Below, piece after piece: positions 17,188 to 26,399 of a stretch of DNA of 64,000 nucleotides. This DNA comes from Bacteroidales bacterium (GTDB taxonomy: Bacteria; Bacteroidota; Bacteroidia; Bacteroidales; P3), in contig JAISGN010000007.1 in assembly GCA_031263015.1 (NCBI GenBank), forward strand, positions 313 to 64,312. Reading direction: 5' to 3'. Position numbers and translations under genes: made by a program. The first letter of the stretch is position 1; the number at the start of each line of letters is the position of its first letter. The notes beneath the pieces were generated by a model. The model did not search any database. It was not told where the DNA came from and worked only from the letters and a program-made list of their open reading frames with translations.

Positions 17188-17337
17188 TTGGAGCATAGTC
17201 TGCTAAGCACACATCCAAGCCTAATAATGATGAAATGAAACGTTACAAAATTATTAAAAAATAAGATTATATAACTATAAAATAAACGACTTTAATCAAA
17301 TTTTAATTAAAGAATGCTTTTATAAATTATTTTTTTG

Positions 17338-17345
17338 TAATTTTG
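17338..17345 (+). promoter_or_regulatory. -7 box (TAATTTTG) of the large GLUG gene
   Basis: This is an exact TAnnTTTG match, 44 nt upstream of the ATG at 17389. Confidence 0.5.
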
Positions 17346-17388
17346 CAGCGTAAAAAAATATGTTTTGTTATTTAAATTAGGTTATTAA

Positions 17389-20300
17389 ATGAAAAAGAAA
17401 TCGGTTATTTACCTTTTAGTATTGGTCTTCTTTGCTTTTGCCCAAAGCATTTCGGCACAGCAAATAATATTTGGCTTATCCGGCATTAACGGTTCAACGA
17501 ATGTGGGGTCGGCTTCAAATCCTTACGCCATCAGATACGCTTCTGACTTGGTTACTCTTTCGGATTATGTGAAGGCTTCCGAATCTAATACTTGCGTTGG
17601 CACATACTTTGAAGTTACTGACAACATTGATATGTCGGGAATAGAGAATTTCGTTCCTATTGGCGGACGAAACAGCCGCAATAGATATGCTAAGAGGAAT
17701 GCATTCAAAGGTAATTTTGATGGGAGTGAATTTGTGATTAGCAATTTGAAGATTGAAAGCGACCAAACATGCACAGGCTTGTTCGGATACACACAAGATG
17801 CCATGCTTATAGACATTGTGCTCTATAATGCTAATATTAAAGGTACAGGTGTTGTGGGTGCTTTAGCCGGAGACATAACAAGTTCTGATTCGACGGCAGT
17901 TAGTCGTTGCAGAGGCAATGCTATTATTGATTCTCGCATAGAAGGCACTGACGGATGCATAGGAGGACTTGTCGGCAATTTGAAGCAAAGCGGTATGGAC
18001 TCGTCTTTTGTGAGAAATACAAAGATTATTGCCAACAATACGACAAATGCTATTTATGTAGGCTCACTTGTAGGTCAGGTTAGCAACACGGTAGCACAAA
18101 CTATAGAGTATTGTTATGCCGTAAAGGACACTCTTACCGGCGGAACATACATCGGCGGTCTTGTAGGCGGATGTTCCGCCAACGGGACATTATTGAATAT
18201 TAGTTGGTCATACGCTGTTGTTGAAATTAACTCAACAAATCCTGTCGCAACAGCAGGAGGTATTATTGCAACAAGCAATTATAATGTGAATGTGGTGTAT
18301 GTTAATGATTCTTGGCAGGGTAGTGGCACGTTTGCTTCTATTTATATTGCTACTTGGACAGATTTTCCTGATAGCTACTTTTTTGTAGATGGAGATCAGA
18401 CAGGATACGCTACGTTGTTTGGAGCACTAAATACAAGTAGCAAATTTGCGAGTGATAATGAGATTAGCGGACTACAGATAAACTATGGTTGTCCTGTTTT
18501 AAAATCAGAATTGCCTATTTATATAATAAAGACTCCGTCTGATCTTCAATCCTTGTCTTCATATGTTAGGACTGCTGAAGACAATAATGGTTACGGCTTT
18601 ATGTTTTTGCAGGTAAACGACATAGATATGAGTGCCATACCTACTTTTATTCCGATAGGAGGCAGAACTGATAATGGTTATTCTTATACTGATAGCAGAT
18701 ATTTCAGAGGAATGTATGACGGACTCGGACATACGATAAAAAAACTCACAATAAATGATAGCAGAGGCGGAGATTATCATACGGGATTCTTCGGACTGGC
18801 TAAAAACGGAGCATCCATTCAAAATATCACATTAGATAGTTGTAATATTACAGGAAGAAATTATACTGGAGCATTAATCGGTTATCTTAGAGTAGATAAT
18901 AATGCATATCCCAATAAAATAAAGAATTGCCACGTACGAAACACAAAGGTATTACAATTTGCTGCTAATGACCGTCTCGGAGGAATGATAGGATATTCTT
19001 ATAATTCTACCGCTGAAACTACTAATCCTTCAACATTGGACAGCTGTTCGGTAAAATTTGTAAATGTTATGCCTTACGGCAGCTCAGATCGTGTAGGAGG
19101 ATTGATAGGCGAGATAGAAAGAGGATTAAATATTACTAACTGCTATACCGAGCATTCTACAATCGGTATGAGTACTACAACAAACAAAGCGGGTAGTTAT
19201 GTAGGGGGAGTAATCGGACAATATTCAGGAGGAAGCAATCAATCAAGTCGCCGAATCATTGATAACTGCCATTCATCTCATAATATAGTTAGAGGAGATG
19301 GTGATTATACCGGAGGAATGATTGGTAGATTAGATAATTATACTGATATTACTAATTGTTATTCTACATACGACAGCGTTTATACGGATGCTAACTGGGT
19401 AGGTGGATTAACCGGATGGAATGACAATTATGTTGAAGTTTATCGTTGCTTTGCCGTGTATTGTCAGGTCTATGGCGGACATGATGCAGGAGGTTTAATC
19501 GGCGATAAAGGAGATACTCCAAATTCAACAGTTATAGAATGCTATTCTTTATATTGTTCTGTTCGCGGTACCGATTATGTCGGAGGTCTGGTAGGCGGTA
19601 CAACCAATCAATCTCTTGTTAGAGATTGTTATTCTTCTTTATGTGAAATTACTTCAACATCTTCTTATGTAGGAGGGCTAATCGGATACGCCGATGTAAC
19701 GGATTTTGTAAATTGTTATACCACTAACACGATAGACTCAACATTAGCTACCTCTCAAAAGGGAGGATTGTCCGGTTATAGTGCAAATGCTACCGATGTA
19801 ACAAATAGCTATTATATTGATACTTGGTGGGAGGGCAGCTCAGTCCCTAATCAAGCCGATAACGCAAAACGAGGAACAGCTTTGCCTTCTTCTCAAATGA
19901 AAGATATGATGTCTTTTGTCGATACATTAAACGCAGGACGTGCCGAAACAGTGTGGTATTTGGATACATCTTTGTACGTCAATGGCGGATACCCTATTTT
20001 AGCACATAGTCGTGGCGTTCCAGGTGCCACATATCAGATTTGGACGCCGGATGATTTGAAAGAATTATCATCTATGGTGCAAAACGGATTCCAAACTGCC
20101 GAAGTAAATTTCACACTAATGGATAACATCATCTTCTCTACGCAAGATAACACCACAAACCCTATGGTGCCGATAGGAGGATGGGCAGATGCCAACACAA
20201 ACGATACGACAAAAGCATTTAGCGGCAATTTCGTCGGTAATAAATTCCATTTTGAGAACATCAATATTACTAAAAATGCTCAATCACACGATTATGTAGG

Positions 20301-22410
20301 AATATTCGGCTTGGTAAAAGGAGGACGCATTGAAGAGGTTGCCCTTATATCTTCTAATATGAGCGGGCGTGATTATGTCGGCGGCTTAGTAGGAAAGTTA
20401 GATTCCACAGCAGTATTGACGGAAGCGTTTGCAACAGGAGACATTGTCGGCAATGCATATATCGGCGGCTTGATAGGTGCTTCAACCGCACTAACAAATG
20501 TTTCTGCCTGCTACTCTAGGTCAAATGTTGAAGGGGTATCTAATGTCGGTGGTTTGATTGGACAGTCCGGAAATCTATCCAATTCTTACAGCGTATCAAA
20601 TGTTAATATCGCTCCGACAACATCAACAATAGATACTTCAACATTCGGAGGTCTGGTCGGCAGCACAACAAATGCAGCAAGCATTCATCATAGTTATTAT
20701 TCACAGACTTGGACGGACAATCCGTCTATAAGCAATAATGCTTTCGGAGTTCCTACCCCTAAAACGGATATGATTTATAAACAACCTTTTATTGATTCTC
20801 TTAACAGAGGTCTTACTTTCAATGCATGGAGTATGGACAATCAACCATGGTTCCGCAACGGCGGTTATCCTATACTTGGTTATGAACCGTCAGCTAGTGA
20901 GCTTGTTATTATAGAATCAGGTGTAACCGTTAAGGTATCAACAACGAACGATTACAACACAAGACCGAGAAGGATAATCATTAGAGACGGCGGCAGTTTC
21001 GTTAATGCCATCACATCCAAACCTGCTTTCACAAACGTAAATGTTGAACACAAACTTTTCAATGAAAGATATGCCTTTGTTGGTTCTACTTTCGGTACTT
21101 TAAAAGTAAAGAACTATCTCGGCATACCTGATTCCAATCACTCCTTATACAATAACATCCGTAACGGGTCAGCAGTCTCTATGCTACAATTTAATTATCT
21201 CACAAACAAATGGTCTGGCGATCCCGGAACACCTACTTATCTCGGATACAATTCCGATATGGTTCCTGCCCACGGCTATTTCGCTTACGTACTTGACCCT
21301 ACCTACGACCCAACTCTTCCGAATAACGGATTGACTGATTCTGTCGGCACATCAATCAACCTTTCTATGGCGACGCCGTCAGGCAGCAAACTTTTCAGTC
21401 AAGATACCGCTATCACAATTATAAACACCGGAAGATTATTAACCGATGAAGAGCCGAATATACCTGCTTTGTGGTACGCCATATCTAATCCTTATCCCGG
21501 AAATCTTTATGCTTACATTTTCGGTAACGGTGGCAGTAGTTATAACGGCAACAACACCGAATTGAAATCTAATTATATTTATCGCCTTTCAGACAATGGC
21601 ACTTGGCAAGCAGTACCTACGGATGTCAATAGCAGGGAACATTTTGTCAAAATGGGCGAAGGATTTTTCGTTGCAGGCAAAGGAGACCTCACAACCCCAT
21701 CGCATACATTTACTTTCAAATCATCTATGACTGATGGTTCAAGTCTCGCTGCCAAAAAGTCGTTACACAAACCACAAAGCATAGTTGTGAAAGTTGTTAC
21801 GGAGAGAGATTATCGCCTTTCGCAGCAAGCACAAATCAATATCAACTCTAACAGCAGCAATGGCTTTGATGAGAAAGATGCCTTCAAACTTCGCGGACAT
21901 AATGAAAAGATTTGCGAGCCGTTTTTCGTGATTGATAGTTCTAATCTTGCGGTTAATACCATTTCAACCTTACCTTATGCCTGCGATATGAATATTTCCA
22001 GTGCCGATGTAAAGTATGTAACTATTATGATTTCGGTTCCAGATAATATTACGGCACAATTTATTGACCAAAGCGACACTCTGAATATCGGAAACAGATT
22101 TGAATACAATGCAATCTTATCTCGTGGCGACAATAGCAACAGATTCAAGATTTTAATTGATGGAAAATCATCATTAAACAGCGTTTTGCAGGAGGCTCTT
22201 GACGTTTGGATTTACGACAACGTGTTAAAGATAAACGGAAGAGACTTAAAAAATCTGCAAATCGTCAATTCACTCGGACAGATTGTTTATTCAAAGACGC
22301 TAAGCGGCGATGCATTTGAAACAAATCTTAATCTGCCAAAAGGAAATTACATAGCAAAGGCAACAAGCAGCACCGGCTCCAAAACAATTAAGTTTGTGAT
22401 GGTACGATAG
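17389..22410 (+). CDS. GLUG-motif repeat surface protein with a T9SS C-terminal sorting domain (1673 aa)
   Basis: The signal peptide is MKKKSVIYLLVLVFFAFAQSISAQ. There are many GLUG-type motifs (YVGGLVG, YIGGLIG, NVGGLIG). Three N-terminal modules each end in …NGGYPIL. The C-terminus (LQIVNSLGQIVYSKTL…GNYIAKATSSTGSKTIKFVMVR) looks like a Por secretion tail. Confidence 0.85.
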   Translation: MKKKSVIYLLVLVFFAFAQSISAQQIIFGLSGINGSTNVGSASNPYAIRYASDLVTLSDYVKASESNTCVGTYFEVTDNIDMSGIENFVPIGGRNSRNRYAKRNAFKGNFDGSEFVISNLKIESDQTCTGLFGYTQDAMLIDIVLYNANIKGTGVVGALAGDITSSDSTAVSRCRGNAIIDSRIEGTDGCIGGLVGNLKQSGMDSSFVRNTKIIANNTTNAIYVGSLVGQVSNTVAQTIEYCYAVKDTLTGGTYIGGLVGGCSANGTLLNISWSYAVVEINSTNPVATAGGIIATSNYNVNVVYVNDSWQGSGTFASIYIATWTDFPDSYFFVDGDQTGYATLFGALNTSSKFASDNEISGLQINYGCPVLKSELPIYIIKTPSDLQSLSSYVRTAEDNNGYGFMFLQVNDIDMSAIPTFIPIGGRTDNGYSYTDSRYFRGMYDGLGHTIKKLTINDSRGGDYHTGFFGLAKNGASIQNITLDSCNITGRNYTGALIGYLRVDNNAYPNKIKNCHVRNTKVLQFAANDRLGGMIGYSYNSTAETTNPSTLDSCSVKFVNVMPYGSSDRVGGLIGEIERGLNITNCYTEHSTIGMSTTTNKAGSYVGGVIGQYSGGSNQSSRRIIDNCHSSHNIVRGDGDYTGGMIGRLDNYTDITNCYSTYDSVYTDANWVGGLTGWNDNYVEVYRCFAVYCQVYGGHDAGGLIGDKGDTPNSTVIECYSLYCSVRGTDYVGGLVGGTTNQSLVRDCYSSLCEITSTSSYVGGLIGYADVTDFVNCYTTNTIDSTLATSQKGGLSGYSANATDVTNSYYIDTWWEGSSVPNQADNAKRGTALPSSQMKDMMSFVDTLNAGRAETVWYLDTSLYVNGGYPILAHSRGVPGATYQIWTPDDLKELSSMVQNGFQTAEVNFTLMDNIIFSTQDNTTNPMVPIGGWADANTNDTTKAFSGNFVGNKFHFENINITKNAQSHDYVGIFGLVKGGRIEEVALISSNMSGRDYVGGLVGKLDSTAVLTEAFATGDIVGNAYIGGLIGASTALTNVSACYSRSNVEGVSNVGGLIGQSGNLSNSYSVSNVNIAPTTSTIDTSTFGGLVGSTTNAASIHHSYYSQTWTDNPSISNNAFGVPTPKTDMIYKQPFIDSLNRGLTFNAWSMDNQPWFRNGGYPILGYEPSASELVIIESGVTVKVSTTNDYNTRPRRIIIRDGGSFVNAITSKPAFTNVNVEHKLFNERYAFVGSTFGTLKVKNYLGIPDSNHSLYNNIRNGSAVSMLQFNYLTNKWSGDPGTPTYLGYNSDMVPAHGYFAYVLDPTYDPTLPNNGLTDSVGTSINLSMATPSGSKLFSQDTAITIINTGRLLTDEEPNIPALWYAISNPYPGNLYAYIFGNGGSSYNGNNTELKSNYIYRLSDNGTWQAVPTDVNSREHFVKMGEGFFVAGKGDLTTPSHTFTFKSSMTDGSSLAAKKSLHKPQSIVVKVVTERDYRLSQQAQININSNSSNGFDEKDAFKLRGHNEKICEPFFVIDSSNLAVNTISTLPYACDMNISSADVKYVTIMISVPDNITAQFIDQSDTLNIGNRFEYNAILSRGDNSNRFKILIDGKSSLNSVLQEALDVWIYDNVLKINGRDLKNLQIVNSLGQIVYSKTLSGDAFETNLNLPKGNYIAKATSSTGSKTIKFVMVR

Positions 22411-22427
22411 CTGATTTCGTCATAACA

Positions 22428-22466
22428 AAAGGGCGTTTGGTTTTAACCAAACGCCCTTTGCTTTTT
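22428..22466. terminator. hairpin terminator between convergent genes, built from AAACGCCCTTT-family units
   Basis: AAAGGGCGTTTGG (22428-22440) pairs with CCAAACGCCCTTT (22447-22459) around a ttttaa loop, and gcttttt follows. The surrounding sequence is phased in 21-bp units across 22425-22487. Confidence 0.7.
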
Positions 22467-22484
22467 ATAAAACGCTGTTTAGAT

Positions 22485-24425
22485 TTATTCTTTTGCTTCT
22501 TCCTCTGCCTGAGGTGTTTGTTCCGAAGACGCAGCATTGGTTTGCACTTCTTCTTTCTTCTTAGCGGCTTCTTTGTCTATCATCTTAATTTTAGCTTCCA
22601 GCAATGCAATTTGCTGACGTGTCTTTTCCAACTTTTTTTCGTACTCTGCCCGCAACACATCGGTAGATTTGGATTTTGAAAGGAAGCCAATATTGTTTTC
22701 CCATAAGTTTAATTCTTTCTGGAGAGTTGATATCTGATTCTTCAAATCACGTTTGACGTTGCCGGAATGAGAATTGAGGTTAGATACAAACTTATCTTTG
22801 AATTTTGAAAGCTCCGAATCTCTTATCGTTGTCTTCAATTTGTCAAAGTGTGCATCAATCGCCGCTCTGAATTCCGCATACAATTCTTCTCTAATCTTAG
22901 GTGAGGTGTATCCTATTTCAGACCAGCGTCTTTGAAACTCCTTTATGGCATCCAGATTGGTGCTTTGTTCGGCGCCGAACTCAAAAGCCTTAACTTCATC
23001 AATGATTCCTCGTTTTTTATTGATGTTTTCTTCTTCGGAAGCCCGATTTTGCTCGTAACTTGCGGCTTTTTTAGCAAAAAATTCATCACAAGCCTTGCGA
23101 AAACGCTGCCAAAGTTTTTCCGAACGCTCCTTTGATATGTATCCGATAGTTTTCCATTTCTGTTGAAGCTCCAATAATTCGGCTGTTGCTTTTTTCCAGT
23201 CGGACCTAATGGCAATTGCTTCCGCTTTTAAGCAGATTTCAACTTTTTCATTATAGTTTTGTATCTGTTCTGCCTTCATTTTGTCAAAGGCTTCTTTCTT
23301 TCGGGCGTAGAAAGTGTCGGTTGCGGTTTTGAATCTCGTCCATAAAACTTCGTTATGCTTCTTTGGTATGCCGCCGATAGACCTCCACAGATTTTTTAAC
23401 TCATCTACTTCTGTTGTTGTGCTGAGCCAATCTTTTACAAGGCTGATTTCTTTGCCCAATATCTCGTCTATTTTGTCGCATAGCTCTGTTTTGGCTTTCA
23501 GATTCAGTTCCATTTCAGCGAATTTCTGCTGATAATATTCCTGACGTCTCTCATTGATTTTCTCAGATGCCAAACGAAAGCGTTCCCATATCTCATCATT
23601 TTTATCACTCGGCACAGGACCAATTTCTCTCCATTGTTGCTGAATGTCTTGCAAGGTATGGAAAGAATCATTGACGGAAGAATCCAGCAACAACGCCTCT
23701 GCCTTTTCGCATAAGCCTATTTTGGCATCCAGATTCTTCTTCATATCCATATCGCGCAGTTCTCTGTTGAGTTTTACCTTGTCATAAAACTTCTCAATTA
23801 AGAAATGGTAGTTTTCCCACAAAGCATTAACTTCCGAACGAGGCACTTGCCCGATTTCTTTCCACTTGTCCTGTATCAGATTGAACTGATCGTAGATTTC
23901 TTTCAAAGAGCCGTCGGCATCAAGCAAGGTTCGCAATTCATCAAGCACCGCCTGCTTTTTTACAAGGTTGGTTTGCTTGATTTTTTCCTGCTCTTCAAGA
24001 TATTTTTGTCTTTTATCCTTGTAGGATTGATAAAGATTATGAAAATCAGTCTCTATTTTGTTTTCTGCTGCCTTGAAATCAATAGCATTACCGCCCTCCG
24101 CAATAAATTTATCAAGGGAAATACGGTTTTTATGTTCTATAAGATTATTGAAAGCGTTGCGAATAAGCGATGCTTTTGCCTTTAACTGCTCAAAATTGCT
24201 TGCTTCATACAATTGTTTCATCTCCGCAAGTAATTCTTCTTCGGTCATACGGGCATAATTCTTTATAAACTGAGTCGTATCGGTCTCTTCCTGAATTTCA
24301 TCCTCTGTAATCTTCTCAACATCTGTCGTTTTAACGGCTTCTTTGGTGCTTTCATCTTCAATGTTGTTCATTTCAACATCGGTATTGCCCACTTCTTCGG
24401 GTTGAGGTTTTGTTAAATCATCCAT
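22485..24425 (-). CDS. DUF349 domain-containing protein
   Basis: The ORF is 646 aa, acidic and helical. The recurring module W..IG.VP…..LW.RF…..F is characteristic of DUF349 repeats. Confidence 0.8.
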   Translation of the reverse strand: MDDLTKPQPEEVGNTDVEMNNIEDESTKEAVKTTDVEKITEDEIQEETDTTQFIKNYARMTEEELLAEMKQLYEASNFEQLKAKASLIRNAFNNLIEHKNRISLDKFIAEGGNAIDFKAAENKIETDFHNLYQSYKDKRQKYLEEQEKIKQTNLVKKQAVLDELRTLLDADGSLKEIYDQFNLIQDKWKEIGQVPRSEVNALWENYHFLIEKFYDKVKLNRELRDMDMKKNLDAKIGLCEKAEALLLDSSVNDSFHTLQDIQQQWREIGPVPSDKNDEIWERFRLASEKINERRQEYYQQKFAEMELNLKAKTELCDKIDEILGKEISLVKDWLSTTTEVDELKNLWRSIGGIPKKHNEVLWTRFKTATDTFYARKKEAFDKMKAEQIQNYNEKVEICLKAEAIAIRSDWKKATAELLELQQKWKTIGYISKERSEKLWQRFRKACDEFFAKKAASYEQNRASEEENINKKRGIIDEVKAFEFGAEQSTNLDAIKEFQRRWSEIGYTSPKIREELYAEFRAAIDAHFDKLKTTIRDSELSKFKDKFVSNLNSHSGNVKRDLKNQISTLQKELNLWENNIGFLSKSKSTDVLRAEYEKKLEKTRQQIALLEAKIKMIDKEAAKKKEEVQTNAASSEQTPQAEEEAKE

Positions 24426-24588
24426 ATTCTTTAATTGTTCAAATGGTTAGTCTGTAAAGACATCTTGAATAGTTGTTTAATATTTTTAAATGCCCATAAG
24501 GCTTTTTTTTGAGTTTGCAAACATAAAACTTTTTTTTGATATACTACACATAAAACGTAAAAAAAAGTATTTAATGCGGATATAATTT

Positions 24589-24651
24589 TTATTTTACCTT
24601 GTTTCGTTTTCCTAAAACCTGATATTATGATAACCAAACAAGGTTTTAAAA
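24589..24651. repeat. degenerate 21-bp-phased array (3 units), AAACAAGGTTT variant
   Basis: The units are ttattttaccttgtttcgttt / tcctaaaacctgatattatga / taaccaaacaaggttttaaaa. ACCTTGTTT and AAACAAGGT form an inverted pair. Confidence 0.5.
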
Positions 24652-24661
24652 ATCTCTTCCC

Positions 24662-25324
24662 TTACCTTAAATCAACGCTTTGCACCTTCGGATATTTGCT
24701 TGTCGGAAAAGAGAAATCGGTTGGCAGGGTTGCCTGTTTTGTTTGATAGTTTGAGATGGTGTAAGTGTAGATTTTGCCGTCTGAGGTGTAGATTACCATT
24801 TCGGAAATGCGATTTGTGTTTGCCGTTGCCACTATCCGCACTTTTATAACCGAGTTTATTTTTGTTGCCGTCAGGTCTAATATATTCATTGTGCCGTTCG
24901 GGCGTTTTTCTTCACGGATTAGTTTCGGGCGAAAGCCATTTAAATAAGTTGAAATCATATTAGAGAAGTTGAACATTGAGCTTCCGCCGTCCATATTTGA
25001 GATTTCAACCTCGTTAGCCGCCTTTATATAATGCCAAAGTGTCTTTCCATCGCAATAATCCTCAAAAGCGGAGGTATAAACCCTGTATTTGTCGTTATCA
25101 GACAGGAAAGCACCTTTTTCATTCTGCACAATCTTGCCCTCTTCCTGTATCTTGAGCGTAAAATTAAAGGCTACGGGCGAATCGGTCTTTAATTTCTTTG
25201 CGATATTCTTAACGATTTTTTCCGCACTATGGTCAATCACCACGCCGTTCTTCATTTCCCTTTGCCCGAAAGCGGATGTTATGAACAGGATGCTTGACAA
25301 GGCGATGCTAAAAAGGTGTTTCAT
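24662..25324 (-). CDS. LolA-like outer-membrane lipoprotein carrier family protein
   Basis: The signal peptide is MKHLFSIALSSILFITSAFGQ, followed by a LolA-like beta-rich body. The start was set at ATG 25324 because the TTG at 25363 falls inside the TAATTTTG box (25361-25368, minus strand). Confidence 0.7.
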   Translation of the reverse strand: MKHLFSIALSSILFITSAFGQREMKNGVVIDHSAEKIVKNIAKKLKTDSPVAFNFTLKIQEEGKIVQNEKGAFLSDNDKYRVYTSAFEDYCDGKTLWHYIKAANEVEISNMDGGSSMFNFSNMISTYLNGFRPKLIREEKRPNGTMNILDLTATKINSVIKVRIVATANTNRISEMVIYTSDGKIYTYTISNYQTKQATLPTDFSFPTSKYPKVQSVDLR

Positions 25325-25427
25325 TTCTGTTTTGTTTTGAATGGAAGTTGTTTTATGTCGCAAAATTATGAAAAATCTTCATACTACCTAAAAAAACGTT
25401 GGTATCCGAAATATATTTTCTGCTTTG

Positions 25428-25490
25428 GTTAAAATGAAACGCCGTTTCGTGCGGATGAAACAGCGTTTTATGAAAATGAAACAGCCTTTC
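25428..25490. repeat. 21-bp-phased array (3 units), AAACAGCCTTT family
   Basis: The units are gttaaaatgaaacgccgtttc / gtgcggatgaaacagcgtttt / atgaaaatgaaacagcctttc. Confidence 0.9.
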
Positions 25491-25641
25491 ATTTTTGCCT
25501 TGTTTGATATGCTGAAAATGAAACGATTAAAGGCTGCTGCGAATTGCGGAAACGTATCGCCAAAACAATGTTTTTGGTAGTTAATATCTCATTTTGGGAT
25601 AAAAAATATTGATTCGGCTGCTTTTTTAACAAAATAAATTT

Positions 25642-25649
25642 TAATTTTG
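25642..25649 (+). promoter_or_regulatory. -7 box (TAATTTTG)
   Basis: This is an exact TAnnTTTG match, 46 nt upstream of the ATG at 25695. Confidence 0.45.
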
Positions 25650-25694
25650 CAGGCGATATAATTATTAATACAAAACTTAAAAACATTAATTCTT

Positions 25695-26390
25695 ATGAAA
25701 AGAATTTTTTTATTGGCTATTACCTGTGTTTTCCTTCTGTCGCTAAGCGCCAATGCACAACAGGGTAAATGGATAGGAACTGTTAAATACAAATTAACTT
25801 ATGACGGTGCTGTTTCTCCGCAAGCCCCTTCGGAATTTGAAGTGAAGGTTTATGAGAATAAGGCAAAATTTACGGACATGTTTGCTTCCGGTGCCACTGT
25901 TATCGCAAATGCGGCTGCCAAAACGCTGACAATGATGTGGGATTTCTCACAAGTTCCCGTTGATGGCGTGAATGGAAAATGGTATATGAGAGAAAAAGTA
26001 GCGGATTCGGTGATTGCGAAAACTACTTACACATTTACAGGCAACACAAAGCAGTTAGCCGGCAAGAATGTGAAGGAAGTGGTTTCCGTAAGCAAGAATG
26101 ACGATGGCACGGAGGAGAAAGAAACTATTTGGGCTTGCGATGAAATCGGTCCGACTATGAATTTGTTTTTCTATACGGGCTTAAAGGCGATGCCTTTTGA
26201 GTTTAAAGTGGAAATGAAAGAAGCAGGAATCACTATAAACTTCACAGCATCCGAAGTAATTGACGGAAAGGTGAAAGATACCGACCTTATGCTTGAATCA
26301 GACTACGAAGAGCAATCACAGGAAGAAATAGAAGAAATCTTCAATGCCCTTATAAAAGCAATGGGTGGCGGAGGAGAAGATGATATTTAG
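25695..26390 (+). CDS. hypothetical secreted protein (231 aa)
   Basis: It has the signal peptide MKRIFLLAITCVFLLSLSANAQ and an acidic C-terminal tail. It is positioned between the LolA-like gene and ftsK. Confidence 0.65.
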   Translation: MKRIFLLAITCVFLLSLSANAQQGKWIGTVKYKLTYDGAVSPQAPSEFEVKVYENKAKFTDMFASGATVIANAAAKTLTMMWDFSQVPVDGVNGKWYMREKVADSVIAKTTYTFTGNTKQLAGKNVKEVVSVSKNDDGTEEKETIWACDEIGPTMNLFFYTGLKAMPFEFKVEMKEAGITINFTASEVIDGKVKDTDLMLESDYEEQSQEEIEEIFNALIKAMGGGGEDDI

Positions 26391-26399
26391 CTTTGATTA

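Noticed and set aside
16901-17218. ORFs spanning repeat arrays: 16901..17218 (minus), 16920..17198 (plus), 13313..13600 (plus), 13481..13702 (minus), 30659..30892 (plus), 36995..37210 (minus), 41643..41939 (plus) and the first 92 codons of 59953..61986.
   Set aside because: These are heptad-periodic low-complexity translations of the 21-bp arrays. They appear in inconsistent frames between loci, and they overlap promoters or neighbouring genes.
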